Translations under genes and position numbers: made by a program
The notes under the pieces: generated by a model
What the model was told of the DNA's origin: nothing
What the model saw: only the letters and a program-made list of their open reading frames with translations
Database searches by the model: none
Part shown: one piece after another, positions 26,877 to 34,524 of the stretch
Position numbering within the stretch: the first letter of the stretch is position 1
Layout: each line of letters opens with the position of its first letter
Assembly: GCA_038238915.1 (NCBI GenBank)
Contig: JBBSFH010000003.1
Coordinates: 105,294-169,293 of the forward strand
Reading direction: 5' to 3'
DNA length: 64,000 nucleotides
From: Sphingomonadales bacterium
GTDB taxonomy: Bacteria > Pseudomonadota > Alphaproteobacteria > Sphingomonadales > Sphingomonadaceae

Positions 26877-29535
26877 AATCGAGCCGATCACGGGCGTGAT
26901 CGACGCCACAAATTGCGACCGCGAACCCATCCACATCCCCGGTGCGATCCTGCCGCATGGTGCGATGCTGGTGCTGGACCCGGACAGTTTGGAAGTCCTG
27001 CAGGTCGCAGGCGATACGGCTGGTCTGCTCGGCGTACAGATTGCCGCGCTGCTCGGTTCGTCCGCCACCGACTTGTTCAATCCCGAGCAGGTCGCGCATC
27101 TTCGCGCCCTGAATGCGCGGTTCGACCTTGCCAAGCCCCGTCACCTGCTCGATCCGGTGCTGCGCATCGATCCGGCGCGCCCGCTCGACGCGAGCCTGCA
27201 TCGCAGCGGCGGTGCGCTCGTCCTGGAGTTCGAAGCCGCCGATATCGGCGACCGACTTGCCGCCGATCCGCTCGCCGGCGTGCAGGAAATGATCGCGGGT
27301 TTCGACGAGCCCGGTTCGCTTCAATCGCTCTGCCAGCTTGCGGCTGAACGTGTGCGCAATGTCGCGGGCTACGACCGGGTACTGGTCTATCGCTTCATGC
27401 AGGACGATTCGGGCTGGGTGATCGCGGAGGCGCGCGAGCCACATCTCGAACCGTTCCTCGATCTTCATTACCCGGCCGCCGACATTCCCAGCCAGGCTCG
27501 CGCGCTTTACGTGAAGAGTCCGCTCAGGCTGATCACGCAGGTCAACTACGATCCCGCACCGCTGACGCCGGTGAACAATCCGCGCACGGGCGAACCGCTC
27601 GACATGAGCCACGCCATCCTGCGCGACGTCTCGCCGATCCATCGCCAGTATCTTCGCAACATGGGCATCGATGCATCGATGTCGATCTCGATCATACAGG
27701 CGGGCAAGCTCTGGGGGCTGATCGCCTGTCATAACCACAGCCCGCGCCTGTTACCGCGCCACCTTCGCGCGGTGTGCGAGCTATTCGGTTCGATGTTCTC
27801 GCTGCAGCTCGAGGCGCGCGAGAAGGGAGAGCAATTCCACGAGCGGCTGGCCAGCCGGATGGTGCTGCAGAACCTGATGCTCAACCTCGCCAGCGCCGAA
27901 GACTATGCAGCCGGACTGACGCAGCAGTCGCCAAACCTGCTCGATTATATTCACGGTGGCGAAGCCGCGCTCGACGGCGTTCGCCGCGGCGGCGTGGCGG
28001 TCTGCGTCAAGGACCGATTGACCTTCCTCGGCATCACACCGAGCCAGGTCGAGATCGAAGCGCTGGTCGGGTGGCTGGATACGCACATGCAGCGAAGCGA
28101 GGGGGTTTACTCGACCGACCGCCTCGGGGAGGTGTGGGTAGATGCCAAGGCGTTCGCCGAGGTGGCTTCGGGTATTCTGGTGATCTCGGTCTCGCCCGAC
28201 CATTCCGACTACATTATCTGGTTCCGGCCCGAGATGGTTACGAACGTCCATTGGGCAGGCGCGCCGGAGAAGCGCGTCGAATCCGGTCCCGACGGCGATC
28301 GCCTGGCACCGCGCCGATCCTTCGAGCTGTGGAAGGAGACGGTGGTCGGTCGCAGCATTCAGTGGACTCCCGCGGACGCGGACGCAGCATTCGATCTGCG
28401 CGTCTCGCTGCTGCACGTCGTGCTGCGTCGCATCAAGTCGGCCGCGCGCGAGCGCAAGGCGGCTGCTGACCGCGACCAGCTGCTGATGGCCGAACTCGAC
28501 CATCGCGTGAAGAATACTCTGGCAAACATCCAGGCTCTGGTCGTTCAAACCAGCCGCAGCGCCGAATCGCTGACCGGCTTCGTCGAAGGGCTCGATGGTC
28601 GCATCCAGTCGATGGCGAAGGCGCATAGCCTGCTGTCCGAAAGCCGCTGGGAAGGCGTTTCGATCGGACGTCTGATGCGCGAGGAACTCGATCCTTACAG
28701 CAAGCGCAACAACGTCATCGCCCTGCGCGGGCCGGAGATCGTGCTGACGCCGAAATCGGCGCTATCTTTGTCGCTGGCTGTCCATGAGCTGGCGACCAAT
28801 GCGAGCAAATTCGGTGCGCTGCAGTCTACTAGCGGCAGTGTAACTATAGAATGGGATGTGTCCGGCGACGGCGGGATCAAATTATTGTGGCGTGAGGCCG
28901 ATGGGCCGGTAGTTCTGCCACCCACCCGGCGGGGCTTCGGCTCGACGCTTATCGAGCGTGCCCTTGCGATGGAAACCGGCGGCAGAGCGAAGATCGAATA
29001 TCTGCCAGAAGGCGTGGTTTGCGAAGTCTCGCTGCCGGCAACTTCTGTTTCACGGCTCGCCCCCGAGCTGCCGGTGTTGCCCGAGATCATCGCGACAGGC
29101 CGCATACTAACTGCCACGATCGCTGATCCCTATCGCGTCCTAGTTGTCGAAGATTCGTTTCTCGTCGTCATGCTCCTTGAGGATCTGTTCGAGAAAATCG
29201 GCTGGAAGATCGTCGGACCGGCAACGCGGGTGGACGAGGCGCTGGAGTTCGCACGCTCCGAGACCTTCGACGCGGCCTTCCTCGATCTCAATCTTAATGG
29301 CGAGATGTCGTGGCCGGTAGCCGCCATGCTGCAGGAGCGAAACATCCCGTTCGCGTTCAGCACGGGCTACAACGTCGAGACCTTGCTGCCCGCCAGCCTC
29401 AAGGGCACGCCCATTGTCAGCAAGCCCTTCCAACCCGCTGAGGTCGAGGCATGTTTGCGACAGATCATCATCGACCAGCGCAGTCGGGACCTGGGCGAAG
29501 CGAGCGATGGAAATCGGGCGCTCGATCTTCGCTGA
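26866..29535 (+). CDS. bphP: Bacteriophytochrome: PAS-GAF-PHY photosensory core + HWE/HisKA_2 histidine kinase + C-terminal receiver
   Basis: ATG at 26866 (GGAG 8 nt upstream) inside ORF 26278..29535. Biliverdin Cys context ATNCDREPIHIPGAILPHG. GAF blocks HYPAADIPSQARALY and SPIHRQYLRNMGIDASMSISI. Kinase blocks ELDHRVKNTLANIQALV, HELATNASKFGAL and GFGSTLIERAL. Receiver RVLVVEDSFLV...FLDLNLNGE...STGY...KPF. Confidence 0.9.
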   Translation: MPVEIEPITGVIDATNCDREPIHIPGAILPHGAMLVLDPDSLEVLQVAGDTAGLLGVQIAALLGSSATDLFNPEQVAHLRALNARFDLAKPRHLLDPVLRIDPARPLDASLHRSGGALVLEFEAADIGDRLAADPLAGVQEMIAGFDEPGSLQSLCQLAAERVRNVAGYDRVLVYRFMQDDSGWVIAEAREPHLEPFLDLHYPAADIPSQARALYVKSPLRLITQVNYDPAPLTPVNNPRTGEPLDMSHAILRDVSPIHRQYLRNMGIDASMSISIIQAGKLWGLIACHNHSPRLLPRHLRAVCELFGSMFSLQLEAREKGEQFHERLASRMVLQNLMLNLASAEDYAAGLTQQSPNLLDYIHGGEAALDGVRRGGVAVCVKDRLTFLGITPSQVEIEALVGWLDTHMQRSEGVYSTDRLGEVWVDAKAFAEVASGILVISVSPDHSDYIIWFRPEMVTNVHWAGAPEKRVESGPDGDRLAPRRSFELWKETVVGRSIQWTPADADAAFDLRVSLLHVVLRRIKSAARERKAAADRDQLLMAELDHRVKNTLANIQALVVQTSRSAESLTGFVEGLDGRIQSMAKAHSLLSESRWEGVSIGRLMREELDPYSKRNNVIALRGPEIVLTPKSALSLSLAVHELATNASKFGALQSTSGSVTIEWDVSGDGGIKLLWREADGPVVLPPTRRGFGSTLIERALAMETGGRAKIEYLPEGVVCEVSLPATSVSRLAPELPVLPEIIATGRILTATIADPYRVLVVEDSFLVVMLLEDLFEKIGWKIVGPATRVDEALEFARSETFDAAFLDLNLNGEMSWPVAAMLQERNIPFAFSTGYNVETLLPASLKGTPIVSKPFQPAEVEACLRQIIIDQRSRDLGEASDGNRALDLR

Positions 29536-29787
29536 GCCGATGCTCACCCACGATTTGTCAGCGCGTCATCTCGCTCGTCTGCGTGACGCTGGCCAATGAC
29601 ACCGCTCGACCGTGAGTTTGCTGCCACTTCGAACATCCCCGCCATATCGGCGTTGCTCGAAATGATCTGCCGGACAACTGTCGTTGGCTTCGCTAATGGC
29701 CTGGATCGGAAGTTTCAAACCTGGGCGCGAACCACGGCTGGCCATGCGGGATCTTCGGCGGCTGCTGGTATCGTGCCACTCGAACGG

Positions 29788-30762
29788 TCAGGCACTTGCA
29801 GCCCGCCCGCCGGCGGTTCCCACGAACTCACGGTCGTGCCGTTCGAGGCAGGCGGCGATGGCCGCGGCGATCGGCTGCTCCGTGCGGTCGGCGACGAACA
29901 GATATTCGCCCCCCGGGTTGACCTCCAGAAATACATGCTCGCCTTCGGGCGTGACGCGGAAGTCGACCGCTCCATATTTCAGGCCAAGAAGGTCCATCAG
30001 CGCCTGCAACTTGTCCGCAACGTCGTCCGGCAGCCGATAGCGTGCCACCTCGGCGGTGCCGATGCCGCTGCGGTAATCGACCTGATGCTCGGCGTCCGAA
30101 CGGAAGCTCGCGGTGAACATCTCGCCATCGATCGCCGTGGTGCGCAGATCGAGATCGGCCGCGACGAACTTCTGGAAGATCACCGGCGCGAACCTTACGC
30201 TGTCGATGCGTCCAAGATCCGCCGCCTCCACCCGCGCCGTCTCGCGTGGTGCTTCGGCGATGTTGCGGAATGCCTTGCGGATCACTTCGCCCGGCCCGTG
30301 CGTCCCGATGAAGGCGCGCGCTTCCTCGGGGATGTTGGTGATCAGCGTTTCGGGAATGCTCAGCCCCACCTGCCGCGCGAGCTGCAACTGTCGGATTTTA
30401 CGTTGCGCCACTTCGTCCGCCATCGGCGGGTTCATCCAGAAACAGTCGATCGAATACCACGTCCCCATCAGCGCTTCGGTCGATTCGGACCAGGCGAACA
30501 GTCGCGCCACCTCGTCGGTGAGTGCCGGATCGAGCGTGATCGGCTTGATCCGCCGGTGCCACACCGCACCAACCTCCATCAGGTCGAGATCAGAGCCATC
30601 GGGCAGTCTGAACCCCAGCCGCATGTTGTCCGCGTCCGCGCCCATGCGCAGGCCGAGCTTGCTCGGGAACCAGCCGTTATCGACGATCGTGTAGGGGCGG
30701 GACAGGTGCTGCGTCACCCGACGCACATGCTCGTTGTCGAGGAAAGATATGATCAGGATCAT
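29788..30762 (-). CDS. ATP-grasp ligase resembling MvdC/MvdD-type graspetide (RiPP) macrocyclases
   Basis: ATG at 30762, 5 nt after GGAG, inside ORF 29788..30798. Blocks MILIISFLDNEHVRRV, AVWHRRIKP, QRKIRQLQLARQVGLSIPETLITNIPEEARAFI and KYGAVDFRVTPEGEHVFLEVNPGGEYLF match my recollection of the microviridin ATP-grasp blocks (VLIVTHSHDNES, AVWYRR, QLQLQVARQLGLLIPGTL, NYGAIDMIVTPDERYIFLEINPVGEF). No HMM was run. Confidence 0.75.
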   Translation of the reverse strand: MILIISFLDNEHVRRVTQHLSRPYTIVDNGWFPSKLGLRMGADADNMRLGFRLPDGSDLDLMEVGAVWHRRIKPITLDPALTDEVARLFAWSESTEALMGTWYSIDCFWMNPPMADEVAQRKIRQLQLARQVGLSIPETLITNIPEEARAFIGTHGPGEVIRKAFRNIAEAPRETARVEAADLGRIDSVRFAPVIFQKFVAADLDLRTTAIDGEMFTASFRSDAEHQVDYRSGIGTAEVARYRLPDDVADKLQALMDLLGLKYGAVDFRVTPEGEHVFLEVNPGGEYLFVADRTEQPIAAAIAACLERHDREFVGTAGGRAASA

Positions 30763-30824
30763 GCGCGCTCCATGCGTAAACGCCCGGCAGTGAACCACCG
30801 GGCTATCGAGCTGTTTTGGGTTGA

Positions 30825-32021
30825 CTAGTTCTGCCCGGCTGTGAGTTGCTGATAGGCCGCCGCGAGTTGCTGCGACATCGCGTGGCCCGCGTGATCGAGC
30901 AGGCCCGCCGAGGCGAGCTGGCCGAGCGCCGACAGGATATGCCGATAGGCTTCGGTGAGCTGCGCGCGCGCCGCATCGTCCGCGCGGCCGCCACCCGCGC
31001 CGCCCGCGCCATGCGCACCCTGCGCGCCGCCGAGCACGAACGGCTGTCCCCCGCCGCCGCCGCCGCCGAACACCGGCCCAGGGCCGCCGTGGGGAAAGCC
31101 GTGGTTCTCGAACACGTCTTTGGGAATATCCTTCGGCGGGTCCTTGTGGAAGTCCTTCGGCGGGTCCTTGTGGAAGTCCTTCGGCGGGTCCTTGTGGAAG
31201 TCCTTCGGCGGGTCCTTGTGGAAGTCCTTCGGCGGGTCCTTGGGAGGGTCCTTCCCATTATCCTGTACAGGGTTCTTGGGAAGCTGGGCCTGATAGTGGG
31301 CGAGAATTCGCTTTCTAGAGAGCGCCGTGGCGAAGATCGCCACCTCATCGATCAGGCCATAGAATGTTCGATGGATCGTGCTGCCGACAGGAATCATGCC
31401 CATCCGGTCGCCAATCGCCAGAGCGACTTCCGGGTCGTCTGGCGGCGTGTGTGGCCACTTGGTATCGATGTCGATCGCAGTCGTATTGATGGGAGTCGCG
31501 CTGTCCAGAATGCCGTTCAGGTAAATCCGGATCGCCAGCCCGTCGTAGGTGGCGACCACATGGGTCTCCGCACCCAATGCGACCACCCCGGTGCTGTCGG
31601 CAGCGACGACGTGAGGTGTTGAAGATCCGTCGTTCATGCGGAGTTCCACACGAACCTTCGCGTCCGGATTCACGCTCAGGCCGTATTGCGTCGTGCCCGC
31701 GTAACTCTCTTTTTCCAGGATGCGCTGCTGAAGGCCGGTCGGGCCGTCCCATCGAACCTTGGCTTCCATCGTTATTCGGGGCGGATTGTTGGTCGCACTG
31801 TTGGGAACGACAATTCGTCCGGTCGTGCCGTCGAACAGCGCCGCCGTGTCTCCGCCGTGGAAGCCGGGGTGCCCCAGCGTGATTCCACCGGTCGAGTAGG
31901 TTCCATCGTTGCCGTGCCCGGACGCATCGGCTGCTGGCGCGCTTACGGTAGCCTCCCCCAGGCGCCAGTAGCCGATTGGTCCGTCCGCCAACACTTCAGC
32001 CGCATAGGTTGCGAGTGCCAT
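30825..32021 (-). CDS. LamG/ConA-like lectin-fold protein with C-terminal KDPPKDFH repeats, Gly-rich block and conserved helical tail
   Basis: ATG at 32021, 7 nt after GAGGGG. The LamG pattern includes LFDGTTGRIVVPNS, HVVATYDGLAIRIYLNG and FYGLIDEVAIFATALSRKRILAHY. The C-terminal module follows: ...GKDPPKDPPKDFHKDPPKDFHKDPPKDFHKDPPKDFHKDPPKDIPKDVFENHGFPHGGPGPVFGGGGGGGQPFVLGG...RADDAARAQLTEAYRHILSALGQLASAGLLDHAGHAMSQQLAAAYQQLTAGQN. No signal peptide. Confidence 0.8.
   Translation of the reverse strand: MALATYAAEVLADGPIGYWRLGEATVSAPAADASGHGNDGTYSTGGITLGHPGFHGGDTAALFDGTTGRIVVPNSATNNPPRITMEAKVRWDGPTGLQQRILEKESYAGTTQYGLSVNPDAKVRVELRMNDGSSTPHVVAADSTGVVALGAETHVVATYDGLAIRIYLNGILDSATPINTTAIDIDTKWPHTPPDDPEVALAIGDRMGMIPVGSTIHRTFYGLIDEVAIFATALSRKRILAHYQAQLPKNPVQDNGKDPPKDPPKDFHKDPPKDFHKDPPKDFHKDPPKDFHKDPPKDIPKDVFENHGFPHGGPGPVFGGGGGGGQPFVLGGAQGAHGAGGAGGGRADDAARAQLTEAYRHILSALGQLASAGLLDHAGHAMSQQLAAAYQQLTAGQN
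31129..31250 (-). repeat. Coding tandem repeat: four perfect 24-bp units plus one degenerate unit (encodes KDPPKDFH)
   Basis: The plus-strand unit tccttcggcgggtccttgtggaag is repeated head-to-tail at 31129, 31153, 31177 and 31201. A fifth unit at 31225 diverges in its last third. Confidence 0.9.
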
Positions 32022-32129
32022 AGCCAATCCCCTCGATAGTCCCGCGAGTAACTGCCCGCCTCGGCCGAGCTACGATGAGCGGTGAAGACCGCCTTCGCCG
32101 CTCCACACATGCCGAGGCGGGTCTGCGAC

Positions 32130-33875
32130 CTAGTTTTGCGCGCTTGTGAGCTGCTGGTAAGCCGCGCTCAATTGCTGGTACATCGCCTGACCCTGCGGAT
32201 CGAGCAGCCCCGCCTGGGCAAGCTGGCCCAGCGCGCCCAGCAGTTGCTGGTAGGCCTGTGTGAGCAGCGCGCGCGCGGCATCGTCGCGTCCGCCGCCGCC
32301 GGCTGCCGGGCCGTGTGCTCCGCCGCCGAGCACGAACGGCGTGCCGCCCCCGCCCTGATTGCCGAACACCGGACCCTGCCCGCCGAACTGCGGCCCGGGG
32401 TTGCCGCCGCCTCCCGGGAACCCCGGGTTCTCAACAAGCTGCTTGGGATTTTCGAACCCCGGCGGCTTTTGCGGATCGAAAACCGCTTCCTTGGCATGTT
32501 CCTTGATGAAGTCCTTCAAGGCTTCCTTCGGAAAGTCCTTGTGGAAGTCCTTGGGATTATCCTTGATAATGTCCTTCGGGTTATCCTTGTGACCATCCTT
32601 CGGCTGGTCCTTGTGGAAGTCCTTGGGATTGTCCTTGATCACATCCTTGGGATTGTCCTTGTGACCATCCTTGTGGCCATCCTTGTGACCATCTTTCGGC
32701 TGGTCCTTGTGCAAGTCTTTTGGATCGTCCTTGATGAAATCCTTCGGGTTGTCCTTGATCGCTTCTTTAGGGCTATCCTTGGGATGATCCTTGACGAAGT
32801 CTTTGACCGGTTCCTTGATCAGATCCTTCGGCGAGTGCTTCACCACGGGCCCGCACGACACGCTCGATCCGATTGAACTGCGTGGCCCGTCAAGCGCGGC
32901 CTGGATCCGCGTTACCTGGCCGGTGCTGAACATTACCATCGCGGCGTCGTCGACATAGTCCATGTAATTCATGAACATGTCGCCGTTGGGGCCGTTCGAG
33001 CAACTGATGGTCGGGAACGGCGGATGGCCGAAGTTCGGCCCACCCTGGTTGGGCGTGTCGGCAACGGCATCGGTGCCGCCGCATCCGCCGCCGTCATCGC
33101 CCCAGATATGGAGGAGGTTCAGCCAATGGCCAACCTCGTGCGTTGCCGTCCGCCCAAGGTTGAACGGCGCGGCGGCGGTGCCCGTCGTGCCGAAGCCCGT
33201 ATGCAGGATCACCACGCCATCGGTCGCCGCCGCACCGCCGGGGAACTGCGCATAGCCCAGTAGCGGGCTGGTAAGCTGACAGACCCACAGATTCAGATAC
33301 TGGTCCCTCGGCCACGCGTCCGCGCCGCCCGTCGCCGCCGATTTGACCGTGTCGTCATGGCCGAAGCTGGCCACCGCCGTCTGCGTCCGGGTGACGCCGT
33401 TGGTCGCTGCGCCGTTCGGATCGTGCGTCGCCAATTCGAAGACGATCCGCGCATCGGCGGCGAGCGGCGCGAAAGGCGCGGGTACCGTCGAAACGTCGGG
33501 ATTGGCCTTGCGGTAATCGCGGTTTAGAACCGCGATCTGGCTGTCGATCTGCGCCTGGCTGATGTTCTGGGTGGCGGTGTTGTACACCACATGCACCACC
33601 ACCGGGATCTTGGTGCAGCCCGTGCGCTGCGGGGACATCAGTGATTCGGCTCGGAACGCGCCATCCTCGATGCGCGCGCGCGCCGCCGCATAACGCGGAT
33701 CGGTGTTCAAAAGCCGCCGATGCACCTCCATCGTGCCGCATGAGCGCTTGGTTGGTGACGGTGGAAGCGCGTCCCCGCCATCGGGTCTGGCCCCGCCGCC
33801 GCCGCCGCCCGCTCCTCCATAAGCCGGGCCCCCGCCTGGGGCGTCGGGCTTGTTATCCGTCGGTTCGCTCATCAT
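32130..33875 (-). CDS. M43 (pappalysin/ulilysin-type) zinc metalloprotease with C-terminal KDxPKDxx repeats, Gly-rich block and conserved helical tail
   Basis: ATG at 33875 or 33872 after AGGAGGAAG, inside ORF 32130..34031. Zinc site [31 protein letters not shown]. Met-turn region [23 protein letters not shown]. About 14 K-D-x-P-K-D-x-x units follow ([82 protein letters not shown]...). Then the Gly-rich block and the tail [52 protein letters not shown]. No signal peptide. Confidence 0.85.
   Translation of the reverse strand: MMSEPTDNKPDAPGGGPAYGGAGGGGGGARPDGGDALPPSPTKRSCGTMEVHRRLLNTDPRYAAARARIEDGAFRAESLMSPQRTGCTKIPVVVHVVYNTATQNISQAQIDSQIAVLNRDYRKANPDVSTVPAPFAPLAADARIVFELATHDPNGAATNGVTRTQTAVASFGHDDTVKSAATGGADAWPRDQYLNLWVCQLTSPLLGYAQFPGGAAATDGVVILHTGFGTTGTAAAPFNLGRTATHEVGHWLNLLHIWGDDGGGCGGTDAVADTPNQGGPNFGHPPFPTISCSNGPNGDMFMNYMDYVDDAAMVMFSTGQVTRIQAALDGPRSSIGSSVSCGPVVKHSPKDLIKEPVKDFVKDHPKDSPKEAIKDNPKDFIKDDPKDLHKDQPKDGHKDGHKDGHKDNPKDVIKDNPKDFHKDQPKDGHKDNPKDIIKDNPKDFHKDFPKEALKDFIKEHAKEAVFDPQKPPGFENPKQLVENPGFPGGGGNPGPQFGGQGPVFGNQGGGGTPFVLGGGAHGPAAGGGGRDDAARALLTQAYQQLLGALGQLAQAGLLDPQGQAMYQQLSAAYQQLTSAQN
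32484..32840 (-). repeat. Coding tandem repeat region: imperfect 24-bp (and 12-bp) units encoding KDxPKDxx / KDGH
   Basis: Plus-strand periodic motif 'tccttg..atc..tccttggg..t' runs through 32.48-32.84 kb. This corresponds to aa 398-516 of track ORF 32130..34031. Confidence 0.8.
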
Positions 33876-33925
33876 TCTTCCTCCTTCGTCACAAGGTTTG
33901 GAACGCGAAACGCAACCTGCCTGCC

Positions 33926-34231
33926 TTACTCCGCCGACAGCACCAATTTGTCCGGGGTCGATTGTGCGACGTGATATTTGCCCGACCAGCCCGGCGCGTC
34001 GATCGTCAGACGATCCCCCGCAATCGACCACGCCCCCGGCGTGCTCGTGGGCCGGTCATCGGGTCCAGGCGCGTTTGCATGCGCCACGCCCGCCTGCGCG
34101 ATCTTGATTCCCCGGCGTCCGCGCGCGGGGGGGATCGGCGAACCGGCGGGCTTGAGCACGATCTGCCCCTGGCCGCCCTCCTCGCGCACTTCCACCCAGT
34201 CTCCGATCAACGTCGCTGGATCGAGTGCCAT
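33926..34231 (-). CDS. Small hypothetical protein (101 aa), first gene of the KD-repeat/ATP-grasp operon
   Basis: ATG at 34231 preceded by [38 protein letters not shown]...[34 protein letters not shown] looks like a small beta-rich (lipocalin/META-like?) domain. Family not recognised. Confidence 0.5.
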   Translation of the reverse strand: MALDPATLIGDWVEVREEGGQGQIVLKPAGSPIPPARGRRGIKIAQAGVAHANAPGPDDRPTSTPGAWSIAGDRLTIDAPGWSGKYHVAQSTPDKLVLSAE

Positions 34232-34324
34232 CTCGCCTCTCCCACGCGCCCTTCAGGCACCTCAAGAATTACGTGAATGTAATCCGAAATCGCGAACGAC
34301 GCAAGCCCGCTCACAAATAATAAG

Positions 34325-34390
34325 GGGGGAGGGGGTGGTGTCGGGCAAAGGGGCCTTTGCGCCCAGGCCGAGTTAACCTAACAGCGTCCC
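34325..34390 (+). repeat. Intergenic repeat family, copy 1
   Basis: ...GGGGGTGGTGTCGGGCAAAGGGGCCTTTGCGCCCAGGCCGAGTTAACCTAACAGCGTCCCC. Lies in the divergent region between the small ORF (34231) and the permease start (34525). Confidence 0.55.
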
Positions 34391-34524
34391 CGCCATCATC
34401 CCGTCAATCTAGAGCTCGACGATCACCACCGAATACAACACGATATGGATCGACAGGGCTGACTGGTCCCGGGCAGATTTTAATGTCACCTGAGCGAAGC
34501 AGGGCGACCGAGAGGAAAAGCAGG

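Noticed and set aside
29572-29745. 57-aa minus-strand ORF downstream of the ATP-grasp gene (MASRGSRPGLKLPIQAISEANDSCPADHFEQ...) as a classical graspetide precursor
   Set aside because: It has no repeated Thr/Ser/Lys-Asp/Glu core and no SD, and its codon usage is atypical. It lies after the ligase in a convergent terminator region. It cannot be excluded without expression data.
29596-30828. 410-aa plus-strand ORF
   Set aside because: It is antisense to the well-supported ATP-grasp gene and has no motifs.
32289-32483. Gly-rich block as an RTX/T1SS calcium-binding repeat with a C-terminal secretion signal
   Set aside because: There is no GGxGxD nonapeptide periodicity, and no ABC transporter, MFP or TolC genes are nearby. 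The idea is kept only as a remote alternative under the sorting-signal hypothesis.
31129-32840. Regular 24-bp repeats as a possible CRISPR array or non-coding satellite
   Set aside because: The units are contiguous with no spacers and are in frame. They translate to the KDxPKDxx peptide repeat inside two long ORFs that have clear enzymatic N-terminal domains.
32130-34031. Upstream 52-codon extension of the M43 protease ORF (start at 34031)
   Set aside because: It overlaps the small ORF 33926..34231 and has no SD. A strong AGGAGGAAG precedes the ATG pair at 33875/33872.
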